Origin: Octopus bimaculoides | Lineage: Eukaryota | Length of the DNA stretch: 64,000 nucleotides | Assembly (NCBI RefSeq): GCF_001194135.2 | Contig: NC_068997.1 | Coordinates: forward strand, 18,578,356-18,642,355 | Direction: 5' to 3' | Translations under genes and position numbers: made by a program | The notes under the pieces: model-generated | What the model was told of the DNA's origin: nothing | The model's input: the letters and a program-made list of their open reading frames with translations, nothing else | The model's database searches: none | In this document: one piece after another, positions 24,428 through 37,030 of the stretch | Position numbering within the stretch: the stretch's first letter is position 1 | Layout of the letters: each line of letters begins with the position of its first letter

Positions 24428-24592
24428 TCGGCAGCACGTCGAGCAAAATGCTTAACGACATTTCCTCCGCCTTTATGTTCTGAGTTCAAATTCAGTTTAC
24501 GCCTACCAGACCCACTCACAAGGCTTTGGTCGACACTTGTCAAAGGTACCACGCAGTGGGACTGAACCCGGAACTATATGGTTCGGAAGCAA
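24428..24592. mobile_element. Fused SINE fragments: S1 head (+, 24428-24493) joined to S2 head/body (-, 24494-24592)
   Basis: gcaaaatgcttaacgacatttc...ttctgagttcaaattc is immediately followed by the reverse complement of the S2 head (gggactgaacccggaac). Confidence 0.75.
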
Positions 24593-25701
24593 TATATATA
24601 GATAATACATACACACACATATATATCAGCATGTATGCATGTTCGTATACATACGTGCACCATACGTATAAACGTCTGTATATATATATGCTCATATATA
24701 TATGTGTGTATATATATATATATATATACGTGTGTATGTATGTATGTATATACATATCTATGTATACATATATATATATATATTCCTATATGTATGTTTA
24801 CATATATATATGTATATATAAGTATATACTTATGTACATACATATGTATATGCATATACATATCTATACATATGTATATGTATATGCATATATGTATGTT
24901 TGTATACACACACAAATGGGCCCCAATAAATGTCCATTATATTATATTGTATTGTATTGTATTACAATGTTCGTCTTTTTTGTTCCCGTGGCGTGTAAAG
25001 AAACAATTATTATTTTTTACTACTACTACGACTACTATTACTACTAATAACCCTTACCACCACCACCATCAACACCACCACCACCACCACCACCACCATA
25101 CATATTCTTCTTTATTTTATCATCTTATTCGACAACGTCAGAAGCATCACTATCATCAGTATAATTTATGAATGTATTTGTTTTTATTACGTTGTATATA
25201 TATATTACCATGTTTGTATATTTGAACAAACGTGTGTATACGCAAGTATATAATATATTTGTATGTGTTGTATATATGTATGTGTGAATGTCAAAAATGT
25301 GAATCATCGTCCGTTAATTTTTTTAGAAAGATCATATTACTGCTAAAGGAGAAATGTTTCTTCTTCACTTAAAAAAAAAACAAGTGTATATACATGCATA
25401 CACACACTGGCACATATATATATATGCGTGTGAATGTGTGTATCATATCTCATATACACACGCACACACACACATATATATCATAAATGTGTGTGCGTGG
25501 GGGGGTAGGATTTTATAGAGAAGGAAATTACAGAACAATGAAATATTCTCCTGGTAATGATAAAATAAAGTGTAAAAAATTAAGCAGGAAAATCTACACT
25601 GACACATGTATGCAAGCACACGCACACACACATATATATATACATACACATTTATACACATTCACGCACACCCAAAATGCAAACACACAAGAGCACATAC
25701 G

Positions 25702-25750
<49 letters not shown>

Positions 25751-25813
25751 GCAAATCTCTTTGCAGAGTCTTACTAAGAGACCTCACTAAACACTCATGT
25801 ATATATATGTATG

Positions 25814-25864
<51 letters not shown>

Positions 25865-25888
25865 NNNNNNNNNNGTGTGTGTGTGTGT

Positions 25889-25931
<43 letters not shown>

Positions 25932-26029
25932 TGTGTGTTTGTGTGTGTGTGTGTGGTGTATGATGCGTAGGATGTTTAATTACAATAAATCCTCCCCCGT
26001 ACACCATTCTACACACACACACACACACA

Positions 26030-26067
<38 letters not shown>

Positions 26068-26489
26068 GACACACACACACACACACACACACACAAAACA
26101 AAACAAACAGAGACCCACCCACGTATATACACAAGCAGAAATAAATATAAGAATTATAGTTTTCTTGCATGTTGAAAATATCAAGTTTTGTTTAGCTGGC
26201 TGTTAATATTGTTTCTTATATTTTAGCTTTCACGTCTTCGTTGTCGTCACCGATTTCATGGTCATTTTTTGATGATGTTCTTACTGCTGATGTTCATGTT
26301 TTTGTTTCTACCTAGTTACTGTTATTGTGCTTAAGGTTTTCATAGGAATCTACACGATAATGATGATGATGATGACGACGATGATGATGATGAGGATGAT
26401 GAGAATGAGGAGGAGGAGGGCTTGATACCTGCTATCATTATCATAATCATCATTATTATCATCGTTATAGCTGTTATATATATATATAT

Positions 26490-26727
26490 CGGCGAGTTGG
26501 CAGGGTCCTTAGCTCACCGGGCGAAATGCTTAACGGCATTTCGTCCGTCTTTTTGTTCTGAGTTCAAATTCTGTCGGAGGTCGACCGTGCTTTTCATCTT
26601 TTCAGGGTCGATAAAATAAGTACCAGTTGAGTACGGAGGGCGATGTAGTCGACTTGTTCCCTCCCCCAAGATTTCAAGCTTTGTGCTTATAGTGGAAAGG
26701 ATTATTATTATTATTATTATTATTATT
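26490..26727 (+). mobile_element. Full S1 SINE with (ATT)n tail
   Basis: ggcgagttggcag...gcgaaatgcttaacggcatttcg...gagttcaaattc...gtcgataaaataagtaccagttg...agtggaaagg(att)9. Confidence 0.9.
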
Positions 26728-27036
26728 CAGTAGTTTTATTTTTATAACGTGCTTTCACTTCACTACCGAGCGCAACTCTGTGCGCCTTGGGTATGTGCTG
26801 TGGTTTGCTGTGGTGCTCTTATGTTTACTGTATTGAAAGTGTTTTGCGTAGAATGTGTGCAGTACCCAGTAGTGCAATTTTCTGTATGTTATATATATTT
26901 GTAAGTCCTGGTATTTTTGTTATGTATTTGTCTGAATATTTTTTTATTATACCTAAGGCACCTACTATGATAGGAATTGTTTCTGTTTTTAGATTCCACA
27001 TTCGAGTTATCTCTATTTCCAGGTCTTTGTATTTTG
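26728..27036 (-). mobile_element. Dong/R4-like LINE 3' end, family A
   Basis: KYKDLEIEITRMWNLKTETIPIIVGALGIIKKYSDKYITKIPGLTNIYNIQKIALLGTAHILRKTLSIQ* (stop 26825-7), UTR ending aaaactactg(aat)n. Nearly identical to the 38.4 and 40.5 kb copies. Confidence 0.92.
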
Positions 27037-27057
27037 TATTATTATTATTATTATTAT

Positions 27058-27352
27058 GTGATTAAAAATCACAGCTTATTTTACTGGGTATGATAGAAAG
27101 TATGAACTGTCCACAGCCAGCAGACTAAAGTGACATTTGTTTACTGGTCATACTTCAAGAACCTTGCGAAGAATTCTTGCAGTTCCAAACAACCCTGATT
27201 TTTGGAGGTGTTCTACCTTCACACTTGCACCAATTCTTTTGACTCATGTTGACTGCTCATACTGCAAAGTGCGCCAAATGTTATTGGTATCGCGTCTACT
27301 CTCCTCATTGACCACAATCTTCGTATTTCCAACTTTACATCGTCATAGCTGT
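27058..27352 (-). mobile_element. Dong/R4-like LINE 3' end, family B
   Basis: YDDVKLEIRRLWSMRRVDAIPITFGAL...VKVEHLQKSGLFGTARILRKVLEV*, short UTR; (TAA)n on both sides. Confidence 0.85.
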
Positions 27353-27364
27353 TTATTATTATTA

Positions 27365-27412
<48 letters not shown>

Positions 27413-27413
<1 letters not shown>

Positions 27414-27990
27414 GATTTTCATTTGCATCTTTCAATCTTTTGTTTCCATTTCTTGCCGAGAGGGAAACGCACTGTATGCACTTGTAGGCCATTAAAATAT
27501 ACATATCAGATCGTTCATCTACAAAGTCATGTGACAGAGAAAAGGAGGAAGGAAGACAAAGACAAAAAGAAAAAATAAGTAAGCTACGAAAATAAAGGGG
27601 AAAATGGAAAGAAAATTCACGGCGACAATACTCTTCTCAGTACGTATGACGTACTTGTTAAGACTATCTTTTGCACTTCCTGCATGGCTGGTAAGCCAGG
27701 CATCATTCTTAAATAATCCTCAGTTTCTTTTTTGATTATTCCAAGCAATCCTACAATTACTGGTATTGTAACCGTTTTGAAATGCCACATCTTTTCGATT
27801 TCGATTAGCAAATTTTTGTATTTTCTGAACTTATCAAATTCTTTTGCCGAGATATTATAGTCACTGGCTATGTTCATATCAATCAATGAACAGAGTTTAT
27901 TGTTTTGATCTTTCACATCAATATCTAGTTTATTTGCTTTCATGTTTGCTATTGGCGTGGCCGTGAATATAAACATATTGTCTTTTTGTT
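27413..27990 (-). mobile_element. Dong/R4-like LINE 3' end, family E
   Basis: ORF 27617..27976: KANKLDIDVKDQNNKLCSLIDMNIASDYNISAKEFDKFRKYKNLLIEIEKMWHFKTVTIPVIVGLLG... The ~200-bp UTR runs into (TAA)n at 27412. Confidence 0.88.
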
Positions 27991-28144
27991 GAGAATAAGG
28001 AGATAGTAATGATATACGATTATTTTCCCATATATCTAGAAGTTAATTTTATTTTCTAGTTGCCATTGAGTACGCTTTCATCTTTGGTGGTGCCACCAAA
28101 GTCCTTAGGCTTCAGCTCTAGCAGTTAATATTACTAATGCTATG

Positions 28145-28855
28145 AAGGCGACGAGCTAACAGAATCGTCACCATGCCAAGCAAAATGTTTAGCGGTATTT
28201 CTTCCATCTTTAGCCTCTGAGTTCAAATTCGGCCGATAAAAGAAGTACCGGGTGAACACTTGGATCGATGTAATTGACTTACTCCTCTCCTGAAATTTCT
28301 GGCCATGTGCCAAAATTTGATATCAATATTATTATTTCTTTTGCGAGGTGGTGAGCTGGCAGATTCGTTAACACACCGAAGAAAATTCGTGTGGGTCTAT
28401 CTTTTTGCTTTACGTTCTGTGTTCAAATTCCACTGAGGTCAACTTTTATCCTTTCGGGGTCCATGAAATAAGTACCACTCGAGTACTGAGGTTGACGGGA
28501 TCGACTAGCTCTTCTCCTGCCACCATTACCAATAAATTTAAGGCTTTTTGCCTATAGTAGAAAGCATTATTATTGTTATAGCAAGGCAGCGAGCTGGCAG
28601 TATCCTTCGTGAGTCGGGTTTTATTGGCGACATCTTTACAGGCTTTTTACGTTCTGAGCTCAAATCCCGCTGAAGTAAACTTTGTGGCGCTATACGTTCT
28701 GAGATCAAATCCGACAGAGTTTAACATTGATTTTCATCCATTTGGGGTTGGCAAAATTAAGTAGCACTCAATTGCAGGGATCGATGATGTCTACTAACTT
28801 ATCCCTTCCTCTCAAAATCGCTTACAGCGTGCCTTAGTCAGCAATAATTATTATT
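28145..28855 (+). mobile_element. Head-to-tail array of three S1 SINEs (28145, 28345, 28583)
   Basis: Each starts (a/g)aggc/tg.cgagct..cag and has a B-box; each new head follows the ATT-rich tail of the previous copy. Confidence 0.88.
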
Positions 28856-29224
28856 CATATTCCAGGAATTATATTCATGATGCGACTTTTCATTCATAAC
28901 TGGGAGGAGTTCTATTTATTTTGGCTAAATATACTTTTTTCTTTTTTTCTATCATTTTCTAAATAATATTGCAAATACTCCACGTGGTTTATATGAGCAG
29001 TGCATCGCATATCATTTTTTTTCTTTTCTTTGTAAATTGTTGTTTTTTTTCTATTCGTTCTTTGAATGTGGTTATATATGTGTCACAAGCCATTTTTGGA
29101 ATAATTTCTAAGAATCCCTTCCCTATTATTAGGAGATGATTTTGTTTGTTTAATTATTGTTTTGTTTCTTTTGTTTCTTTTCAGGTTATTACATTTGGAT
29201 AGTTTTTATAGACATCATAACGAC

Positions 29225-29590
<366 letters not shown>

Positions 29591-30319
29591 ATGAATCTTG
29601 TATCCTTCAGCAATTGAAATATTATTAAGCCCTTTTGCGTTTCGGCATATTTGTGTTTCGTTCCGAATTTTAATTGCTCTAACAAAAAGACACAAAAAAG
29701 CCAACTAAAATTAAAACAAAAAAAAACATCAACAGTAATAAAAAAAAAGTATTAAATACATATGAACATTAAATATATGAACATATGTTATTCGAAACCC
29801 TGGTGATTCTTTTGGATGCCACATCACAATAAACATCGTGCCTTCAACTTGTCCATACCGTTCTTATTATTATTCATTTCTCCTCATCCACTCTCCTTCT
29901 CTCTCATCATCAACCTCTTCCTTCCCCTTCACTACGTCCGTATCTTACTTTCGTTTTATTACCTCCCTTCTGTTTTTAGTATCTGTTTTGTTTTCTCATC
30001 TATTTATTATTGTTCTCGCAACCGTCCATTTTGTTTTATCGTATCCTTTATCGTCTTCTTTTCCTTCGTCTTCTCCATCATTATCATCGACATGGCGTTC
30101 ACCTTATCCTCAATCCTTCTTCACTACTACTACTACTAATTTTACTGCTGTCATTGCTGCTGCCGTTACTGCTGCTACTGCTTCCCCAGCTACTACTACT
30201 ACTATTTCTACTACTTTTACTTCTACTACTGCATATTTGAACATGTGCAGTTTTCTGCAGTATAAGTATTACTTAAATCTATCAACTGACGAAACACATT
30301 CTAGTATTACGCCGACAGC

Positions 30320-30610
30320 AAGCTTAAATATGGAACCAAATCGAAGGCATAATCGACGTGTCTCATTTGGCGAAATTTGTTCAAGTATAAACCCTTAACA
30401 AACTTAAATCTGAAAAGAAATCGACGACATAATCAGCATTACTCACATGACAAAATATGTTCGAGAATGACGTCTTCAACAAATACTAAGTATGGAAATA
30501 AATTAAAGATATTTTCAATATCTTTCACATGAGACACACTCGATTATTAAACCTTGAACGAATATAAGTATGGAAGCAAATTGAAGACGTAAAAATTATC
30601 TTCACAGAAA
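30320..30610 (+). repeat. Cryptic ~80-bp tandem repeat, about 4 diverged units
   Basis: agcttaaatatggaaccaaatcgaaggcataatc (30321) aligns with aacttaaatctgaaaagaaatcgacgacataatc (30401). Further units near 30483 and 30563 carry taagtatggaa..aaatt.aaga. Confidence 0.7.
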
Positions 30611-30659
30611 GAAAAAAAATGGAATAGTCTTTTGAATGTGCATCAGTACAGAAGTACGA

Positions 30660-31390
30660 GCATTTGTGTGTAGCATTTCCAAGGAGCACGCCGGTACTTA
30701 AGTGCAGCCGAGGACGTTGAATTTTTTAAATTGTTATAGCGTTTTGTGGGATTACTTCCGACTTCAAATCCCTTTGACTTTCATCCTTCAGAAATCAATG
30801 CAATGAATTATCAAGCTTATAATGTAGTCGATTTAGACAATTGCCTTTCTGTGTCAACATGCTAAGTAACTTGTTGCGTAGGACAGTAGCGCTTGTCCGC
30901 CAGGTTCGACTTTGCCTTTATCCTTCCGAAGCCGATAAAAAAAGTACAAGTTGAATACTGGGGTTGATTGACTCGACGTTTCCATCCCCCGAAATTGTTC
31001 TTATCGTTGTTATTTGTGCTGATGTTTAAGGCAGTGAGCTGGAAAACCGGTTAGCACCCAGGACAAAAGTTGCTTAGCGACATTCCGTCCGCCTTTACGC
31101 TGTAAGTTCAAATTCTGCTGTGTTTGACTTTGTTTTTCATCTCTTCGGTGTCGATAAAACGAGTACCAGTCAGGTACTGTGGTGGATGAAAATCACACCC
31201 ACCTTAAAAATTGCAAGCCCTTATATGTTTAAGTCGGCAGAGTTGAAATCCAACAGAGATCAGCTTTTCCTTGCCTCTCTCTATGGTCGATGAAACAAAG
31301 TATAAGTCTAGTACTGGAGTCGATGCACTCTACCGCACCGGTTACCACGTTTCTCCCCAAAACTGATATCCGTGCGTCTAAATTGTAAAC
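30660..31390 (+). mobile_element. Cluster of about four old S1 SINE relics
   Basis: Recurrent degenerate ttcaaatc/gactttgcc/cgataaaa..gtac motifs near 30760, 30900, 31100 and 31250. Confidence 0.7.
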
Positions 31391-32447
31391 AACTGTTCTT
31401 GTTGTCTGCAGAGTTAATATTACTTTATCATATAATTCATCGTTTTATTATCAGCTTTTATATTAATGTAGCAACCACATCGCCAGTATTATCGGACAAC
31501 TAGCTTATGAATATCAAATGTACACTTTGTTATGAACACTAGTTTGACTTTGTGACAAAATGCATTTAGATCTCATACGACCTGCTGCATCAGAATATAT
31601 ATTAAGATACATGTAGCGCTGTAAACAATGGCTTAAATACAAATGAGAAACCACACAGCTCTGTAATCAAGGACTACCTACAAATCAAAAACCACAAAGC
31701 ACTGTAATCAACGAGGGAATTTTGTAAAATTGACGACAGCATTGCATTAATTTCTCTGCACTTTCTCTGCACTTTCTCTGCTCATCTCCAATAGAAACTC
31801 ACAAGGCCATTTTGACTTCCTACTTTCAGAGGAAATTCACTTTAATAAAATTTTCAGTAGAACTACAACAGGAGAATAACTTATAAGAATCCCAAATTTC
31901 TATTCATATCTATCATGTATTTATGTTATTAACTAAAGCCCAAATTACTGGTTGTATTAATGGTTATCTATATATATATTCAGCCTATTAAATAGGAGCA
32001 GCGACAATCCTAAGGGATTGTGAACTTTTGTAGTTTTGTCTTGTCGGTTATCTCAGCGTGAGATTCCACAATGTACTATTACGGAGCGTGTGCATATAAC
32101 CACGCGTGCGCGTGCATATATGTTTTCACATGTGTGTGACTCTTTTTCAGCAACTCCTGTAATAAAGTATTTCTATTTTATTCTCTCGTAACTTATAATC
32201 TTTTCCCTGGTCCTGTTCGAAAATGATATTCATGATTAAACGTATAAGTATATTTTTAGTCCAGCTGTATTGCTATTAGTAAATCGTAGTCCTAATGGCG
32301 CAACGCGCTAAGTATAGGATTCTAATAATTTTCTCTCTCCCTTTCTCAGACTTTCTCACCTATAAACACACACACACACACACACACAAACATATATATA
32401 TATATATACGCATGCATATATATAGATATGTGTATACATGTATATAA

Positions 32448-32493
<46 letters not shown>

Positions 32494-32607
32494 ATGCATG
32501 TATATATATAAATATATGGTATTTACATATGTTACTATGAATAAGGTAATGGCAACTCGATACCTCATATAGAAGAAATTTATTGCAGTTAATAGTTGTA
32601 GCCATTT

Positions 32608-32660
32608 TACATCGCATCACTCAACGTTTCCAGCCCAAGGCGATCATCAGACGATTGTAG
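32608..32660 (-). ncRNA. Fossil type-I hammerhead ribozyme
   Basis: Minus strand: tacaatcgt-CTGATGA-tcgcc[ttg]ggctg-GAAAC-gttga-GTG-atgcgatgta. All conserved core bases are present and stems I and II can be drawn; N17 is G. Confidence 0.5.
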
Positions 32661-32767
32661 GTGGTAGAAACTACAGAGGTACAATTTGATGAAGCATGCA
32701 GCACGTATATTTATTTATCTATATATGCATGCATATATATACGCAGTATATATGACCATCCCCAAGT

Positions 32768-32815
<48 letters not shown>

Positions 32816-32830
32816 CATATATAAATATAT

Positions 32831-33010
32831 CGTGGCACTCTGTCAGTTAGGACGACGTGAATTCCTGTTGATCCGAACAGCCTGCTCGTGAAATTAACGT
32901 GCAAGTCGCTGAGCACTCCACAGACACGTGTACCATTAACGTAGTTCTCGGGGATATTCAGCGTGACACAGAGTGTTACAAGGCTGGAACTTTGAAATAG
33001 AGACAGGAAG
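32831..33010 (+). mobile_element. Interspersed repeat/SINE segment (family S3)
   Basis: gtggcactctgtcagttaggacgacg...gttgatccg is shared with 56213-56255 (tggcactccgtcggttacgacgacgagggttccagttgatcc). Confidence 0.7.
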
Positions 33011-33298
33011 AAAGAGTGGTGGAAAAGTACGTATTTATTGGCTTATTTCATTCGTTTACTTGCGTCACATACAAGTATATTTGTAATCAATTTATAAATA
33101 GATATAATTGAATGTTTACTTGCTGATGTTTATCGAATGTATATCCTCTCCATTTTCTTATTTGCCTATCCTTATATGTATATATAAGTATATATATATA
33201 AATATATATATAAATTTATATATACATGTATATAAATATACATATATATAAATGTATATATATATATAAATATATATATAAATATATAGACAGATATG

Positions 33299-33335
<37 letters not shown>

Positions 33336-33997
33336 GCATATATATATGCATATATGTGTGTGTTTGTATGTGTGTGCATATGTAAGCATGTGTATATATA
33401 TATGCATGTACGCGTGTATATATATATATATATATGTATATGTATGTGTATACATATATGTATGTATGTGTATATATATATGTATGTATATACGTAGGCA
33501 TGTACATATATGTATATATATGTATGTACATATATATGTGTATGTATGTATATATATATACATGTACATATATATACGTGTAGATATATATATATGTCTA
33601 TATATGTAAGTATATACATGTACATATATATTACGTACATATATTTGCATATATATGTATATGCATATATTTATATATGTATATAAANNNNNNNNNNNNN
33701 NNNNNNNNNNNNNNNNNNNNNNNNNNNNNNNNNNNNNNNNNNNNNNNNNNNNNNNNNNNNNNNNNNNNNNNNNNNNNNNNNNNNNNNNNNNNNNNNNNNN
33801 NNNNNNNNNNNNNNNNNNNNNNNNNNNNNNNNNNNNNNNNNNNNNNNNNNNNNNNNNNNNNNNNNNNNNNNNNNNNNNNNNNNNNNNNNNNNNNNNNNNN
33901 NNNNNNNNNNNNNNNNNNNNNNNNNNNNNNNNNNNNNNNNNNNNNNNNNNNNNNNNNNNNNNNNNNNNNNNNNNNNNNNNNNNNNNNNNNNNNNNNN

Positions 33998-34035
<38 letters not shown>

Positions 34036-34792
34036 TACATGTATATACATATATACAAATATATATATATGTATATATGCATACATAGTTACATACATTT
34101 ATATATGTATAATTAAGTCGTAAATTATAAACATTTAATTTCCTAAGCTTTTAATCATTGAACAAGTTTAGTAACACTCAATGGATCATACGGATGATAT
34201 TCACAACTACTTTTCTTGTATATTTTTGTTAACTTATAAAACGAATGAATTAAAATCAACAAGAGAATATATAGAATCTATAAGACTGAAGTAGATATAT
34301 TACGGCTCATTGGAAAAGCTATATCGGAAGAATAAAACTATAGCCGAGACAGTCTGATGTATAATAATTATATTGTAAAAATGTTCTCTGATGTACGTAT
34401 GCTTGTATAAACATTTAATTAAATGAATATTAATCATTTTAATTACATCCCAATGTTTAAATCAAGATTGCTCAGAGTGAGCGCGTGTTTATATATGTAT
34501 GTGCCTTCCCGTATATGAGCATGTGTGTGTATATGTGGGTGGGTGTATGTGTTTGTGTGTGTGTTTGCGCAGAGGGGGTTAATGAGAATGAGAATGAGAG
34601 ATAGAAAGTGTGTGTGAGCGGTAGGTGATCATATATCCTCCATTTATTGAGTCGTCTCATTATTAGTTAAGTTTTTATATTATCCAGGTAATTTAAATTC
34701 ATGTTAATGAATGAAAATGAAATTAACAAGCAAATAATCACCGTGTGTGTGTGTTTTTTTGTGCGTGCGTGTGTGTTTGTGTGTGTTGAACA

Positions 34793-35625
34793 TATGAGTT
34801 TATTCCAGAAGTTTTGAGACTTTTTCAGGAGAAGCAGTTATAACTAGATTATTGTAAATTTAGTATATCATTTCTATACAACAAAGAAGCTGACCTGCCA
34901 CCTGTTGTTATTCCAGATTGCAGGACCCGGCTATAATAGCACATTGAACGCACTTTACTGAATACTACCTCTCGGAGCTGAGTGGTTTGCAGAATGCGGT
35001 CGAGACGTAACGACGTTGGATATACAATAATACTTTATAGCAGAAACGCTACAGAAACTTACGGAGTGCTCCAGACTGATTATAGGGTAACTTTTAGGCT
35101 AGCACTAGTAGTTCGAGGGCGGTAGAAAGGAGATGAGAGACATTGAAAGGTGTAACCAGAACATTAGAGCTGCTTTAGAAAATTTGCAATTTTCTGGATT
35201 ATGACCGTCGTGTGTCTATAAAGACAGCAAGCGTACAATTGGGAATTGACTTGGCATCAGGGCATTGATTTAATCATGAAGGTCTGAGTATACGCAAAAT
35301 TTATGCAAACTCTGTTTGCAGAATGCATTACTACGAATAGTTTGGTAACAAACTACTTGACAGAAATGAGCATCAAAAATTATCCTTCACTCTCTCTAGA
35401 CATCTAGACATTTGCTCTCTGCTACTTTTGGTTGTTTTGCAAGCTGAAGGAAAACCTCAAGGGCAGTCGTTTTCAAGATGAGGCAGGCTCTGAACTCATG
35501 TGGACACAAATACACCGAAGTTAGACGATCCTACTTTAAAGGAGATTAGAGTTTTACATTTCTCCGGAATTAATAAATGTCTCTCCTGAAAAAAGTCGGA
35601 AAACATCAGGAATGCCCCTTCGATA
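34793..35625 (+). mobile_element. Internally deleted mariner transposon with both TIRs
   Basis: 5' TIR tatgagtttattccagaagttttgagactttttcaggaga pairs with 3' tctcctgaaaaaagtcggaaaacatcaggaatgccccttcgata. Inside: FEGGRKEMRDIER, DRRVSIK...LGID (HTH region) and ALCYFWLFCKLKENLKGSRF (after YSPDL). The central DDD core is absent. Confidence 0.8.
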
Positions 35626-35764
35626 TGCGGTTATAGAAAACACTGATGAAAGTAATGTCTGATACAGATCTTTATTTGTATATATAGTTTGATGTATATA
35701 TACATACATACACACACACATACACAGATATATATATATATATCAACAATAATTATAACACCGT

Positions 35765-36095
35765 TCTTCAGCTACCTTGAGCTCAACAAGTTCTCTGCAC
35801 CACTTTTCCAGTCATCTAGCGCAGACTTTACTGGGGAGGCTCATTAAGGAGAATTTTCTATAATTAGAACACTCTATCCAGTTTCCCTTTTTTAAAAGTT
35901 GCTATTATCATCATCCCGAGTTGTCATTGCTTTGGTGTCTTTCCAGACTTCCAGCCTACCTGGTATACATGTGTCACCCAGAAAATACCGTCTCTATTTA
36001 AGTCTTTTAGGATATCAAACCGAATTCCCCGTTCAGAGGGCTTGCCAAATTTAAGCGCTTTAATCGCCTTCATGACTTCTGTAAAGTTAGCTTCT
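35765..36095 (-). mobile_element. RTE-clade LINE RT fragment
   Basis: EVMKAIKALKFGK...WVTHVYQVGWKSGKTPKQ*QLG...FKKG...CSNYRKFSLMSLPSKVCAR*LE...EE matches RT domain 0-1 of RTE elements. Confidence 0.85.
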
Positions 36096-36349
36096 ACTCA
36101 AAGTTGCACCTTGTTTCCAGATTTTGTGTCGGATATCGGAGTGTGACTTCAGAGAGATTTGGCTACTATTTCTAGTGGATCGATTTCAAACATTTCAATG
36201 ATGTTGATGGCCTGGTTTTGGATTACAGTGCTCATATTTTCGGTCGTGATGGTTGAAGTGGTTGATTTAATGATGGCGCTATCTATTCCAGTTTTTCATA
36301 TTGAGTGTGAGGGATGTGTGGTGGTGATTGGTATAAACTGTGATAATAG

Positions 36350-36660
36350 CGACATTGAAGATTATGGCAGTAATGATGATGATAATAGTGATGCTGATCA
36401 TAATGGTGATTCTGGTGATAATGGTGATGCTGATGATAACGGTAATGGCCGTGATAATGGTGTCGGAGTGTTAGTGCATATTGCAGTTCTTATTGATGTT
36501 CTCATTTGTTAGCGTGTTAATCTTGTCGTAATTATTTTTTATTGTTGTTGTTGTTTTTGCTCTTGTCTTTGTCGTCGTCGTCGTCTTTCTCGTCATCATA
36601 CTTATTGTCATCCTAGTTTCAGCTGCCATCAATCTTGTCATCTGCTGCTCGTTTTCTATC
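36350..36660. repeat. Degenerate (GAT/GGT)n and (GTT/GTC)n low-complexity region
   Basis: Directly visible; source of ORF 36159..36512. Confidence 0.8.
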
Positions 36661-36975
36661 AGCAATTTCTTTTTCTGTTTTTTTTTTTTAATTTTACGCT
36701 CACTCTTTTCTTCTTAAGTTTAAAATTTTTTTTTCTCTTTCTTCGATGCCAAATGTAGCTATTTATTTCTATTTATTCATTCATTTATTTGCTTTTTTTT
36801 ATTTGTCTCATTCTTATTATTCTCATAGAGTTTGTTGTTGCTGTTACTCTTTTTGCTGCCGTTGTTGTTGCTATTGTTGTCGTTCTTCTTGTTATTGTCT
36901 CCCCTACATTAACGTTTCTCTGTATATTGAAGTGTATGCTTCTTATATGTATCTATATCTATCTATCTATCTCTT

Positions 36976-37030
<55 letters not shown>

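Noticed and set aside
35640-35675. ctgatgaaagtaatgtctgatacagatc hammerhead-like string (similar strings at about 3005 and 56365)
   Set aside because: GAAA half-core missing or mutated and no consistent stems.
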